From contig CAWFQK010000007.1 in the NCBI GenBank assembly GCA_963817955.1, positions 32,001-96,000 of the forward strand: 64,000 nucleotides of DNA, given 5' to 3'. This stretch comes from an uncultured Gemmatimonadaceae bacterium (GTDB taxonomy: Bacteria; Gemmatimonadota; Gemmatimonadetes; Gemmatimonadales; Gemmatimonadaceae). Made by a program: the position numbers and the translations under genes. This document shows, one piece after another, positions 46,548 through 55,999 of this stretch (the stretch's first letter is position 1; each line of letters opens with the position of its first letter). The notes beneath the pieces were generated by a model. That model was given only the letters and a program-made list of their open reading frames with translations, did not search any database and was not told the DNA's origin.

Positions 46548-47878
46548 GGCGACCTCCTCGTCGTTTGGTCGATCTGCTGTGCGAGCGAGACGAGCGCACG
46601 TCTCGACGCGTCGTAATCGGAATTCTCTTCCGGCGTCTGTTGCAGGAAGTCCAGCATTTGCGGACGCAGGCGGAGCGCAGCATCCACGCTGCGGTCGCTG
46701 CCTTGGTTATATGCGCCCACGAGAATGAGATCCTCTTTCTCGCGATACGCAGCTTCGAGTCGTGCGACGGCGTTCGCCGCCCCGCGATGGTCTGGCGAGA
46801 TGACGTGATCCCGTACGCGGCTCTTGCTCTCCAGAATGTCGATTGACGGATAGTGTCCGGCGCCGGCCAGCTTGCGCGTGAGGACGATGTGTCCGTCGAG
46901 AATCGAGCGACTGGCGTCGGCGATCGGTTCGTTGAAATCGTCACCGTCCACCAGCACGGTGTAGACGCCGGTGATACTGCCGGTGCTGGCGCTTCCCGCG
47001 CGTTCGAGCAGGCGCGGAAGCGCCGCGAAGACCGACGGTGGATAGCCCTTTGTCGTCGGTGGCTCTCCGACGGCCAGGCCAATCTCACGCCACGCCATTG
47101 CGACGCGGGTCACGGAGTCCACCATCAGGAGTACTTCCTTCCCTTGATTACGGAAGTACTCGGCGATCGACGTGGCGACGAGCGCACCGCGAGCGCGCAC
47201 GAGCGCGGCTTGATCGCCTGTAGCGACGACGACGACGGAGCGTGCCAGCCCTTCGGCGCCCAGAGAGTTCTCGATGAAATCGCGCACTTCGCGGCCGCGC
47301 TCGCCGAGCAGCGCGATGACATTGACGTCGGCCTTCGCACGACGCGCAATCATACCGAGCAGCGTACTCTTGCCGACGCCCGAACCGGCGAAGATGCCGA
47401 TACGCTGTCCCTTTCCGAGTGTCAGAAATCCGTCAATCGCGCGAACGCCGGTCTCCAGCGGCTGGCTGATGATCTGGCGCTCGAGCGGGTGGGGCGGCTC
47501 GGCGGAGAGGGGCATACGCTGCGCGTGATCGACGCGTCCCTTGCTGTCGATCGGATGACCGAGGCCGTTCAGCACGCGGCCGAGCAGTCCGGGCCCAACG
47601 TCCGCCCCAAAGCTGCGGCCCATGGGGGTGACACTGCTGCCCGGATGCAGGCCGTCGATGTCGCCGAGCGGCATGAGCAGCACACCGCGTTCGTGAAAGC
47701 CGACGACTTCCGCGAGCACGGATTTCTCTTCGGACAGGCTGGTCACACGGCACAGCTCACCGAGACCGACGTCGAGCCCGGCCGCCTCGATGACGAGGCC
47801 GACGACGCGCGTGACGCGTCCCATGCGGTAGATCCTTGGCAGGTCGCCGATGCGCGACGCGAGACGATTACGAAGCAT
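46544..47878 (-). CDS. fliI: Export ATPase FliI
   Basis: GIFAGSGVGKS, GERGREV, DSVTR, GEPPTTKGYPPS, LDGHIVL; start MLRNRL (47878). Confidence 0.97.
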   Translation of the reverse strand: MLRNRLASRIGDLPRIYRMGRVTRVVGLVIEAAGLDVGLGELCRVTSLSEEKSVLAEVVGFHERGVLLMPLGDIDGLHPGSSVTPMGRSFGADVGPGLLGRVLNGLGHPIDSKGRVDHAQRMPLSAEPPHPLERQIISQPLETGVRAIDGFLTLGKGQRIGIFAGSGVGKSTLLGMIARRAKADVNVIALLGERGREVRDFIENSLGAEGLARSVVVVATGDQAALVRARGALVATSIAEYFRNQGKEVLLMVDSVTRVAMAWREIGLAVGEPPTTKGYPPSVFAALPRLLERAGSASTGSITGVYTVLVDGDDFNEPIADASRSILDGHIVLTRKLAGAGHYPSIDILESKSRVRDHVISPDHRGAANAVARLEAAYREKEDLILVGAYNQGSDRSVDAALRLRPQMLDFLQQTPEENSDYDASRRALVSLAQQIDQTTRRSP

Positions 47879-48551
47879 CGATCTGCGCCATTCGGTGATA
47901 GGCGCGTTCGAGCGCCGTGTCCACACGGCCGTCCACGATGCGATCGCGTCCTTCGACGAGACAGCCACCGCGCGCCACGCGCGCGTCGGCAAGCCAACTC
48001 ACGTCGCGTGCGCCCGTGATCGGAGCCATTCCGCCTTCGTTCAGCGTGAGCAGCGATAGGTCGAGCGGGTGGACGCGGATGCGGGTGCTCTGATCGACCG
48101 GAAACTCGGTCAGTGCGCGGCGAACGAGATCCGCGACGAGCTCGCGCGCCACGCTCACCTCGCGCGCGACGATCTGGCGCGCCACGATGACGGCGAGCGC
48201 AGCGATATTCTCTTCGAGAATCGACGGCGCGAGGGCCGCCACGTCGCGGACCTCGCCCGTGATCTTGTCGATGACGGCGAGCGCTTTGGTGACGCGAGCC
48301 TGCGCGGCAGCGAGACCCTTCTTCTCGCCGTCGGCAAGTCCGCGTGCGTACGCCTCATCGATCATTTGCGCGCGTTCCTGGGCCGAGGGTCCGGCGTTCA
48401 TCGCGCTGGCCGGCGCGCCGGCCAGCGATGCCTCGATCGGAAGCGCGGCCACGGCAAGCTCGTCGAGCGCCCACACGCCGGCGGGCGCCGCGCCGTCGAC
48501 CGGCGTGGCGCGCACCGACGCGAGGCCGATGGCTCTATGCGACGATGTCAT
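47868..48551 (-). CDS. fliH: FliH
   Basis: AYARGLADG repeat, IRVHPLD, GGCLVE..VD; position between fliG and fliI. Confidence 0.88.
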   Translation of the reverse strand: MTSSHRAIGLASVRATPVDGAAPAGVWALDELAVAALPIEASLAGAPASAMNAGPSAQERAQMIDEAYARGLADGEKKGLAAAQARVTKALAVIDKITGEVRDVAALAPSILEENIAALAVIVARQIVAREVSVARELVADLVRRALTEFPVDQSTRIRVHPLDLSLLTLNEGGMAPITGARDVSWLADARVARGGCLVEGRDRIVDGRVDTALERAYHRMAQIDAS

Positions 48552-49566
48552 CCGCCGCTCCGCCGACCACGATTTCGCCGGCGTCTTCGAGTTTGCGAAT
48601 CATGGCGACGATCGCCGTCTGCGCCGACTCGACGTCGCGCTTGCGTGCCGGCCCGAGCATCTCCAGCTCTTCCTTCAAGGCAGCAGCGGCGCGTTGCGAC
48701 ATGGCGCCCATGATCTTGTTCTTGACCTCGTTCGATGCCGTCTTGAGCGCCAGCGCCAACTCCTTGACGTCGATCTCGCGCAGCAGCCGCTGAAGCGACC
48801 GGTCGTCGAGGCTGACAACGTCCTCGAAGACGAACATGAGATTGCGAATCTGCTCGCAGAGCGCCGGGTCGCGCTCTTCCACGCCGCGCATGATCGCCTT
48901 CTCGAGCGACGGCGCCACGAGGTTGAGCACATCGGCCACCACCGCCGGTCCGCCGGAGGTCGTCAGTCCCTGCGTCGGCGCCAGATCGGTCTCGGTGAGA
49001 ATCGACCGCTCGATGAGTACGAGCATGTCCGGCGAAACCTTCTCCATACGCGCCATACGCAGAACCACTTCGGCCCCGAAGGACGGATCGAGCTCCTTGA
49101 GGACGCCTGCCGTATGTTGTGCTTCGAGATGCGCCAGAATCAGCGCCACCGTCTGCGGGTGTTCGCCACGCAGCATGTTGCCGAGCTGCTGGGCGTCGGC
49201 CGTGCGCAGACGATGCAGGCCCGCTGTCTCGGAAATCTGTGCTTGAATGCGCTTGAGGATGGCTGCTGCCTTCGGGACGCCGAAGGCTCGTTCGAGCACC
49301 TCGCGCGCGTACTCGACGCCGCCGGATGCGATCGAGTCTGCCGCGAACATCACATCGATCCACTCGGCGAGCACTGCCTCGGTGGCCTCGGTGCTCACAC
49401 GATCCATGCGCGCGATCTCGAACGAGATCTGCTCCACCTCTTCGTGCGCAAGCTTCTGCGTAATCAGCGACGCAGACTCGGAGCCCAACACCATGCACAG
49501 GATCGCCGCCTTCTGGGCGCCGGTGAGCTGGTCGAGCTGGTGCGAGCGCGCGAGGTTGGTCGCCAT
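48535..49566 (-). CDS. fliG: Rotor protein FliG
   Basis: GAQKAAIL, GGVEYA, EHPQTVALIL, MFVFED, MSQRAA. Confidence 0.97.
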   Translation of the reverse strand: MATNLARSHQLDQLTGAQKAAILCMVLGSESASLITQKLAHEEVEQISFEIARMDRVSTEATEAVLAEWIDVMFAADSIASGGVEYAREVLERAFGVPKAAAILKRIQAQISETAGLHRLRTADAQQLGNMLRGEHPQTVALILAHLEAQHTAGVLKELDPSFGAEVVLRMARMEKVSPDMLVLIERSILTETDLAPTQGLTTSGGPAVVADVLNLVAPSLEKAIMRGVEERDPALCEQIRNLMFVFEDVVSLDDRSLQRLLREIDVKELALALKTASNEVKNKIMGAMSQRAAAALKEELEMLGPARKRDVESAQTAIVAMIRKLEDAGEIVVGGAADDIVA

Positions 49567-49569
49567 GGC

Positions 49570-51048
49570 CTAGGCCTCCTTCAGCCACGCGCGCACTACG
49601 CGTGTAGCGACCTCGGGCTGTTGCTGGATCGACGAGTTCACCTTGTCTCGGACCGTATTCGTCGGCAGCACCAGCGGCATACTCGGCCCCGATGAGAGCG
49701 CCGGCTGCTGCCTCAATTCGCCGCGTGGAAGCGAGAGGAGTTGCGATTCATTCACCGATCCCCCGGTCTTGAGCGACTTGAGGCTGATGAGCGCGACGAT
49801 GATGATGAGGACGAGGCCGAGCACGCCGAGCAGTGGACGTTGCGCCGTCTGGACGACCCTTACGATGTCCGTTCGCGGCACATCGGCGATCGGTACGATG
49901 ATCGGCGCGAACGGCACGCTCACCACCGACACGACGTCGCCGCGAGTGCTATCTGCCCCCACGGCGCTGCGCACCAGCGTTTCGATCTGTTGCAGCTCGG
50001 CCGCGGTGCGTGGGGTGGGGGCGGCCTTGCTACCGGCTACGGCGGCGCGGTCGCCGACGAGCACGGCCACCGTCAGTCGTTTGATGGTGCCCGGGGCGGC
50101 GACGAAATTTTCGGTGCTGTGCGTGTTCTCGTACGTAGTCGAGGTGTTGTTCTGCCCCGCGCCGCCCTGGGCACCAGGCACGATCTCAGCTTTCTGTTCG
50201 GCGGCGACAACCTGTTTGTCGGGATCGACGGAGGCGACGGTGCGCTCGACGTGATCGAAGCTCATGGCCGCGGACACCTGTACCCGCAGATTGTTCGTGC
50301 CCACCATCTCCGCGACGATCTTCTCCGCCTTCGTGCGCAGATAGTCTTCGATCTCGCGCTGCATCGAGAGCTGCCGGCTCGTCAAGCCGGTCGGCGATGA
50401 CGCTTCTTCCGCTTCCGAAAGCAGACGTCCGCTGTCGTCGACGATGGTGACGTGTTCACTGACCAAGCCTTCCACGCTGGACGCGACGAGGTGCGCAATG
50501 CCCTTGACGACTTCGGGATCGGCGTCGCCCTTCAGCTTGAGCACGACGCTCGCTTCCGTCGGGCGATCGGCCGCGGCAAATCCGTCGGTCTCGTGCAGAA
50601 CGAGATGGACCTGAGCGGCGTCGATGCCGCGCATCTTGCCGACGGTGCGTTCGAGCTCACCTTCGAGCGCCCGCCTGTAGTTGATGCGTTGCGTGAAATC
50701 CGTCATGCCCCACGACGGCTGGTCGAACAACTCGAGGCCCGGCCGCCCGCTGTTGGGCATGCCGCCCTTGGCGAGTGCCACACGCGCCTTGGCTAGATCG
50801 GTGGCTGCGACCAGGATGTCTGCGCCACCGCGCTCGAGGCGGTATTTCACTCCCGCCTGATCGAGCTTGTCCACCATCTGCGCCACGCTTTCGAGCGGAA
50901 CGCCCGTGAAGGCCGGCACCCATGTCGGAGCGCTCGCCCATTGGGACACGGCGAAGATGAGGCCGGCCGCGGCAAGCCCGACCACAATGATCAGAGCACG
51001 CCGTGGTCCACCAACGCGGTCGAAGAGTTGGGACATCATGTCAGGCAT
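49570..51048 (-). CDS. fliF: MS-ring protein FliF
   Basis: GLELFD..WGMTDF..NYRRALEGELERT, ASVVL, LVASSVEGL; two TMs. Confidence 0.96.
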   Translation of the reverse strand: MPDMMSQLFDRVGGPRRALIIVVGLAAAGLIFAVSQWASAPTWVPAFTGVPLESVAQMVDKLDQAGVKYRLERGGADILVAATDLAKARVALAKGGMPNSGRPGLELFDQPSWGMTDFTQRINYRRALEGELERTVGKMRGIDAAQVHLVLHETDGFAAADRPTEASVVLKLKGDADPEVVKGIAHLVASSVEGLVSEHVTIVDDSGRLLSEAEEASSPTGLTSRQLSMQREIEDYLRTKAEKIVAEMVGTNNLRVQVSAAMSFDHVERTVASVDPDKQVVAAEQKAEIVPGAQGGAGQNNTSTTYENTHSTENFVAAPGTIKRLTVAVLVGDRAAVAGSKAAPTPRTAAELQQIETLVRSAVGADSTRGDVVSVVSVPFAPIIVPIADVPRTDIVRVVQTAQRPLLGVLGLVLIIIVALISLKSLKTGGSVNESQLLSLPRGELRQQPALSSGPSMPLVLPTNTVRDKVNSSIQQQPEVATRVVRAWLKEA

Positions 51049-51056
51049 CTATTGCA

Positions 51057-51392
51057 TCATCCCATGTTCACGACGGACTTGTACGCATCCATCAGCTTGT
51101 TGCGCAGTTCGACGAGCATCTCGAGCGAGAGCTGTGCTTCTTCCGCCGCGGCCATCACCTGGTGAAGCTCCACCGGTTCGCCGCGCACGAAGCGCTGGAT
51201 GTAGTCCTGCGCCGTGTCCTGCGACGTCGAGACTTCACCGATTGCGCGTTTCAGCGAATCGCCGAACGACGTTCCACCGATCGATGGCTGCGATACCCGC
51301 GCAATGCCGTTTTCTCCGGCGATGTCGAGTCCAATGCGCCGCGGACCAATGCTGCCCCCTGATCCGCCGAGACCACTGATCGGTGCCGTCAT
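51057..51392 (-). CDS. fliE: FliE
   Basis: SFGDSLK, ELHQVMAA, ELRNKLMDAY. Confidence 0.93.
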   Translation of the reverse strand: MTAPISGLGGSGGSIGPRRIGLDIAGENGIARVSQPSIGGTSFGDSLKRAIGEVSTSQDTAQDYIQRFVRGEPVELHQVMAAAEEAQLSLEMLVELRNKLMDAYKSVVNMG

Positions 51393-51393
51393 G

Positions 51394-51735
51394 TCAGATC
51401 TTCACGTCCAGGCGACCGCCGCGAGCGGCGGGGAGTTGCGCGGACGTCGATTCCTGCAGCGCGCGTCCGTACGTCAGCGGTCCCATGGCGCCGGCTTTGG
51501 CGAAGAACGCGCGTTCGTCGCCCGACAACACGCTCCAGAGTGCGGGATCGGTGCCCGGCGGCGGCTCGACGGGAACGCTCTGAGTTGCAGCGCCAGGCTT
51601 CTGCGGACCCCGCTGCGCCGGCATCTGCACGGGCCGACTCGCGGGCTGCTGCACCTGCGGCCGTGACCCATCGCGGATGGGTAGTTGCGACGGCGTCCGC
51701 GGTATGTTGGTGTTGCTGATTCCGTAAATGCTCAT
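51394..51735 (-). CDS. Small hypothetical protein inside the flgBC-fliE operon
   Basis: Fills the flgC-fliE gap, stop 1 nt before the fliE start; disordered N-half, C-terminal LWSVLSGDERAFF and RGGRLDVKI. Confidence 0.7.
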   Translation of the reverse strand: MSIYGISNTNIPRTPSQLPIRDGSRPQVQQPASRPVQMPAQRGPQKPGAATQSVPVEPPPGTDPALWSVLSGDERAFFAKAGAMGPLTYGRALQESTSAQLPAARGGRLDVKI

Positions 51736-51748
51736 CGAGGGCCAAGAA

Positions 51749-51809
51749 ACGAGTTACGAGTTACGAGACACGAGACACGAGACACGAGACACGGGACACG
51801 GGACACGAG
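51749..51809 (+). repeat. Degenerating heptamer array ACGAGTTx2, ACGAGACx4, ACGGGACx2
   Basis: Directly visible between flgC and the small ORF. Confidence 0.9.
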
Positions 51810-51811
51810 CA

Positions 51812-52399
51812 TCAGATGTCGATCGACTTGTGCAGCATCGCGCGCGCAGCCTGGAAAACGGTGGCATTGGCCTCGTAGAGACGGCGCGAGTTCATGAGAT
51901 CCATGAGTTCGTTGGTCATGCTCACGTTCGGCATGCGGACATAGCCGGTCTTATCTGCATCCGGACTGGCGGGATCGTAGACCATCGCACCCGGAGTGGT
52001 GTCTTCCGTGATTGAGGCAACACGAACGCCGCCGGTGACGTCGGAGGTCTCGACTGGCGTCGAGCCGGCAGCCGGTGGCTGTGTCATCGCCATGGCGGCG
52101 ATGGCGGACGCTGCCTGCGTCGAGCCGCTCGCGGCGGCGGTAGGGGCGTCCGACGACGATGTCGTCGTGCCCTGCGGCTCAATGGCCTCGAGGTTCACGA
52201 CATGCCGCCGATAGGGGCCGCCTTGCGCCGTCCGAGTGGTCTCGGCGTTGGCGAGGTTCTGCGCGACGACATCCATCCGGATGCGCTGCGCCGACAGTCC
52301 GCTCGACGCAATGGCCAGAGCGCTGAACATGGGGCGCGGTGCTTCGGGGCGGCGGGGGGCCGGGGTCGGCGCGGCGTTGGTGATCGGCGGGAGAGTCAT
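51812..52399 (-). CDS. flgC: Rod protein FlgC
   Basis: SGLSAQRIRMDVVAQNLANAETTR..GPYRR, YDP..PDA..GYV.MPNV, R.YEAN. Confidence 0.95.
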   Translation of the reverse strand: MTLPPITNAAPTPAPRRPEAPRPMFSALAIASSGLSAQRIRMDVVAQNLANAETTRTAQGGPYRRHVVNLEAIEPQGTTTSSSDAPTAAASGSTQAASAIAAMAMTQPPAAGSTPVETSDVTGGVRVASITEDTTPGAMVYDPASPDADKTGYVRMPNVSMTNELMDLMNSRRLYEANATVFQAARAMLHKSIDI

Positions 52400-52416
52400 T
52401 GGTCAGGTAGGGTCGC

Positions 52417-52707
52417 CTACTTGATGGCCGTGCGAAGCTGCGCGTATGCCTTCTCAAGCAGTTTCTCGGTGGCCTCGAACCGGATCTGTTCATCCGCGAG
52501 CGATGTCATCTCTGCTTCGAGATCCACCTGATCGCCCTCCGCCGGCTGACCGGTAGTAGGGTCGATCGGGAGCGCGAACCCATTGCTGCCCTTCAGAGAC
52601 GCCTGCGCCACGCGGCTCGCGATGGCGCGCGTCCGCTGCGTGCTCAGATCGAGCGCGTCCTTCAGATCGTTGGCGTTTGTCGCGCGTCCGATGATTCCAA
52701 ACAGCAC
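52417..52707 (-). CDS. flgB: Rod protein FlgB (short, divergent)
   Basis: ALDL..QR.RAIA, VDLEAEM..LADEQIRF; first gene before flgC. Confidence 0.8.
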   Translation of the reverse strand: MLFGIIGRATNANDLKDALDLSTQRTRAIASRVAQASLKGSNGFALPIDPTTGQPAEGDQVDLEAEMTSLADEQIRFEATEKLLEKAYAQLRTAIK

Positions 52708-52776
52708 AGATCGGAAAGGAAGGAGTGGGTCGGCTGCAGCGGTGAGTCCTGCTTCGTGATTCCGATCACCGTAATG

Positions 52777-52791
52777 GCACAGCCCGGACCA
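52777..52791 (-). promoter_or_regulatory. Candidate sigma54 promoter of the flgB operon
   Basis: Minus strand TGGTCCGGGCTGTGC (GG-N10-GC); IHF-like GAGCAACAACTTA at 52852-52864; palindromic boxes upstream. Confidence 0.45.
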
Positions 52792-53107
52792 GCCTTTGAA
52801 CCTCGGAAAACGTCGCTCTCCTCATGGCATGTGATTTCAGAAGTCGTATCGGAGCAACAACTTATGATTCACGCCTTCATGCACGTCGTCAACTGGGCAT
52901 ATTTGCCCTGGGCAGGGAAAAAACTTCCAGCCCGGCAAGATCTTCCGAGCAAAATCACCGGAAGGTCACACTTGCCTGTCCTGCGGCTCACGATGGAACG
53001 CGGCCCGGGCCCCAGCGATCAGGCGCCCACGTGGGAACATCTATTACTAGATGCCGAACCAAACGCCGGACCAAATGCCGGCGATTTGCCGATTGACATA
53101 CAGTGAC

Positions 53108-53134
53108 TCAAGTCCCAAGCGCGGTTGTCGATAC
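53108..53134 (+). promoter_or_regulatory. Candidate sigma28 promoter for the TonB-C / MCP operon
   Basis: TCAA-N15-GTCGATAC. Confidence 0.65.
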
Positions 53135-53170
53135 TCCAAAGCGATCCCCAGTCACCGCGAGGACAACTAG

Positions 53171-53584
53171 ATGTCACGAAGAGCACCATTCATCGCCGTG
53201 CGTGCCGCTGGCGCCGCCTTGATCCTGTTGGTCGCAAGCCAGCGCATCGCGCAGGCGCAAGCCGCCGACAGCGTATACACGGCCGCTGAGCTGACGACCC
53301 CCCCCAAGCTCGCGTCGGCAACCGCGACCGCCCATCAGATCCAGCGCTCGTATCCGGAGAACCTCAAACGAGCCGGAATCACGGGTCAGGTACAGGTCGA
53401 GTTCATCGTAGACTCGAAAGGCAAGGTCGAGGCTTCGAGCGTCGAGGTCGTTCTGGCGTCGGTGCCCGCCCTCGGTGAAGCCGCGAAGGGAGCGGTTCAG
53501 GAAATTGAATTCATTCCCGGGAAGTTGAACGGTAATCCTGTTCGGACCCGCGTTCTTCTGCCCATTTCGTACAAGCAGGACTAA
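53171..53584 (+). CDS. Stand-alone TonB C-terminal domain protein with signal peptide
   Basis: YPENLKRAGITGQVQVEFIVDSKGKV..FIPGKLNGNPV; AQA cleavage site; no Pro-rich spacer. Confidence 0.85.
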   Translation: MSRRAPFIAVRAAGAALILLVASQRIAQAQAADSVYTAAELTTPPKLASATATAHQIQRSYPENLKRAGITGQVQVEFIVDSKGKVEASSVEVVLASVPALGEAAKGAVQEIEFIPGKLNGNPVRTRVLLPISYKQD

Positions 53585-53622
53585 CGCTGTTCCTACCCGG
53601 CCCCGAGCGGGCGCGAGCTCCG

Positions 53623-55980
53623 ATGTCATTCTCCTTCGTTTCGACACGCAGCCTTCAAGGGCGGCTCACTCTCACGTTCATTGCGGCGGCGACTCTGCCG
53701 ATCGCAATTGCGACGACGATGGCCGTGCGTAATTCCCGGTCCAGCTTGCAGCAGCAAGTCGGGAGCGCGCAGGCCGAGATCGCCCGGCAAACTGCACACT
53801 GGCTCGACCGCGTCATCTACGAGCGCGGACTGGAACTCCAGACAGTTGCATCCAATGGCGAGATCGCCGCCGCGGCGCTCGGACTGGGGGACACGTCTGC
53901 GACCCGGACCGCCCTTATCAACGCGACCAAGCGGTCGAATCTGATCCGGTCGATTCGTGTATACGACGCGAAAGGCGCGCTGGTCGGCTCCAGTGCGGGC
54001 GGCGCCGAGCCCGCGGTGGGCACGTCATGGTTCAAGGACGCACTCGCCGACCCAAAAGCGATCGTCATTGGGTCGGTCACACGGGAGTCCGGTGGCACTC
54101 CCGTCCTGCGGGTGTCAGTCGCCGTTCGCTCGGCCACGGGCATGACCCTCGGCGTTGTCGCCGGCGATCTTGATTGGACCAGCCTGTGCCAACGCGCGTT
54201 GTCGAGCTTGGAGAAGTCCGGCGCAGAGAATGGCGCAGAGAATGGCGCTGGGCTAGCGCGAGGCTTTGTCGTCGATACCGCCGGTACCATCATCGGTTCG
54301 ACCACGACTGACGACGTGCTTGCCAAAAAGGTGGCGACGCCGGAGGTTCTCGCCGCAATCGCCAAACGTGCGACCGCGTCCATCGTGACGCAATTCCTCA
54401 ATCAGTCCGCGTTGGTGTCGTTCAGCGCGCTCGAATCGCAAGAAAAAATCGCCGGGTACTCTGGCTTGCTGGGTGGCCGTGCGGCAATCGTCATCGCGCA
54501 ACCGGCCAGTGCCGCGTTCGCGGCGGCGTCGTCGCTTCGCACGCAGCTCTTGCTGGTCGCGATCCTGATCCTGGCAGTGGTGGGTGCCGGCGCCAGCGTG
54601 ATCTCGCGCATGATTGCGGCCCCGATCATCGCCTCGGCCAACATTGCCGAGCAGCTCTCGCTCGGTAATACGGAGCAGGATGTCGGCGACGTGCATGGAA
54701 CCGAAGAAACCATTCGACTATCCAATGCGCTGCGCGAGCTACTGGCGTACATGCGCGGCCTCACCCGCGCCGCCGAACAGGTGGCCAAGGGCGACATGCG
54801 CGTGGACATCACTCCAAAGAGCGAACAGGATCAACTGTCTCGCGCATTCGTAACGGTTGCCGCCGTGAATACGGACCTCATCGCGGAGCTGGGGCGCGTC
54901 ACCGAGCGGGCGGCAGCCGGCGAACTCTCATCGCGCGCTCACGCCGAAGCGTTCCACGGCAGCTATCACACCTTGGTCGAGGGAATCAATCACACGCTGG
55001 ACGCCGTCATGCAGCCGATCGTCGAGGCGTCGCAGGTGCTCGAACGAGTGGCCGCGAGAGACCTGTCCCAGCGCGTGCAAGGCACGTACAAGGGAGACCA
55101 TGCGCGGATCACCAACGCGCTCAATGGAGCCACGGAGAACCTGGACCGTGCACTGCACGAAGTGACCGCCGCGTCACATCGGGTGGCGGCGTCGTCGGCC
55201 CAGATTGGATCCGGCAGTGAGGCACTCGCGAGCCAAGCGAACTCGCAGGCATCGTCACTCGAGGAGATCTCGGCAAGCTTGCAGGAGCTTGCCACCATGA
55301 CCAAGCAGAACGCCGAGCACGCTCAGGAAGTTCGGCGTTTGGCGTCGGAAGCGCGCACCAGTGCCGACGCCGGCGGCCAGAGTATGACCCGGCTGTCGGA
55401 AGCGATGCAACGCATCAAGACATCTTCCGATGCGACGGCGAAGATCGTCAAGACAATTGACGAAATCGCGTTCCAAACCAACTTGCTCGCCCTCAATGCC
55501 GCGGTCGAAGCTGCGCGGGCAGGCGACGCTGGCCGCGGCTTCGCGGTGGTAGCTGACGAGGTACGAAACCTCGCCATGCGTTCGGCCGAGGCGGCGAAGA
55601 ACACCGCGCACTTGATCGAGGAAGCAGTGCGCGATGCCATGCGTGGCGTGCAGTTGAACGAGGAGGCCCAGCGCCAACTTGCCGACATCACCGACCGCGT
55701 GGGAACCGTAGGCGAAGTGATTGCAGATATCGCCGCAGCGTCCCATCAGCAGAGCGAAGGCGTCACGCAAATCACGCGGGCGGTCGAAGACATGAACTTG
55801 ACGACGCAGCATGTCGCGTCGAGCTCGCACGAGTCCGCGAGCGCCGCCAAGGAGCTCGAGTCTGAGGCGCAGGCGCTGTCGGAGATGACCGGACGCTTCG
55901 TCCTGAGCGGCGGCCGGCCGACCGAAACTTCGGCCTCGCCGGCGCCGCGACTGAGTCGTCGTCAGCTCGCCGCCGTGTAG
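53623..55980 (+). CDS. Methyl-accepting chemotaxis protein (Cache-like sensor, multiple HAMPs)
   Basis: IDEIAFQTNLLALNAAVEAARAGDAGRGFAVVADEVRNLA hairpin; two TMs. Confidence 0.95.
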   Translation: MSFSFVSTRSLQGRLTLTFIAAATLPIAIATTMAVRNSRSSLQQQVGSAQAEIARQTAHWLDRVIYERGLELQTVASNGEIAAAALGLGDTSATRTALINATKRSNLIRSIRVYDAKGALVGSSAGGAEPAVGTSWFKDALADPKAIVIGSVTRESGGTPVLRVSVAVRSATGMTLGVVAGDLDWTSLCQRALSSLEKSGAENGAENGAGLARGFVVDTAGTIIGSTTTDDVLAKKVATPEVLAAIAKRATASIVTQFLNQSALVSFSALESQEKIAGYSGLLGGRAAIVIAQPASAAFAAASSLRTQLLLVAILILAVVGAGASVISRMIAAPIIASANIAEQLSLGNTEQDVGDVHGTEETIRLSNALRELLAYMRGLTRAAEQVAKGDMRVDITPKSEQDQLSRAFVTVAAVNTDLIAELGRVTERAAAGELSSRAHAEAFHGSYHTLVEGINHTLDAVMQPIVEASQVLERVAARDLSQRVQGTYKGDHARITNALNGATENLDRALHEVTAASHRVAASSAQIGSGSEALASQANSQASSLEEISASLQELATMTKQNAEHAQEVRRLASEARTSADAGGQSMTRLSEAMQRIKTSSDATAKIVKTIDEIAFQTNLLALNAAVEAARAGDAGRGFAVVADEVRNLAMRSAEAAKNTAHLIEEAVRDAMRGVQLNEEAQRQLADITDRVGTVGEVIADIAAASHQQSEGVTQITRAVEDMNLTTQHVASSSHESASAAKELESEAQALSEMTGRFVLSGGRPTETSASPAPRLSRRQLAAV

Positions 55981-55999
55981 GCGGCGCAGCCGTCGGCGT

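Noticed and set aside
46853..49695. Long antisense or alternate-frame ORFs (46853-48019, 48187-49695, 48548-49588, 37882-39576, 30236-31576, 36136-37443)
   Set aside because: Shadow ORFs typical of GC-rich genes; they fully overlap well-supported flagellar genes and are Arg/Ala-rich without motifs
52756..53106. 116-aa ORF in the flgB / TonB-C intergenic region
   Set aside because: No SD or family motif; the region is better explained as divergent promoters with IHF and enhancer boxes
54220..54248. 12-nt duplication (GAEN x2) in the MCP, and the 24-nt duplication in the MotE-like linker near 45770-45815
   Set aside because: Ordinary in-frame slippage in loops or linkers; no evidence of function
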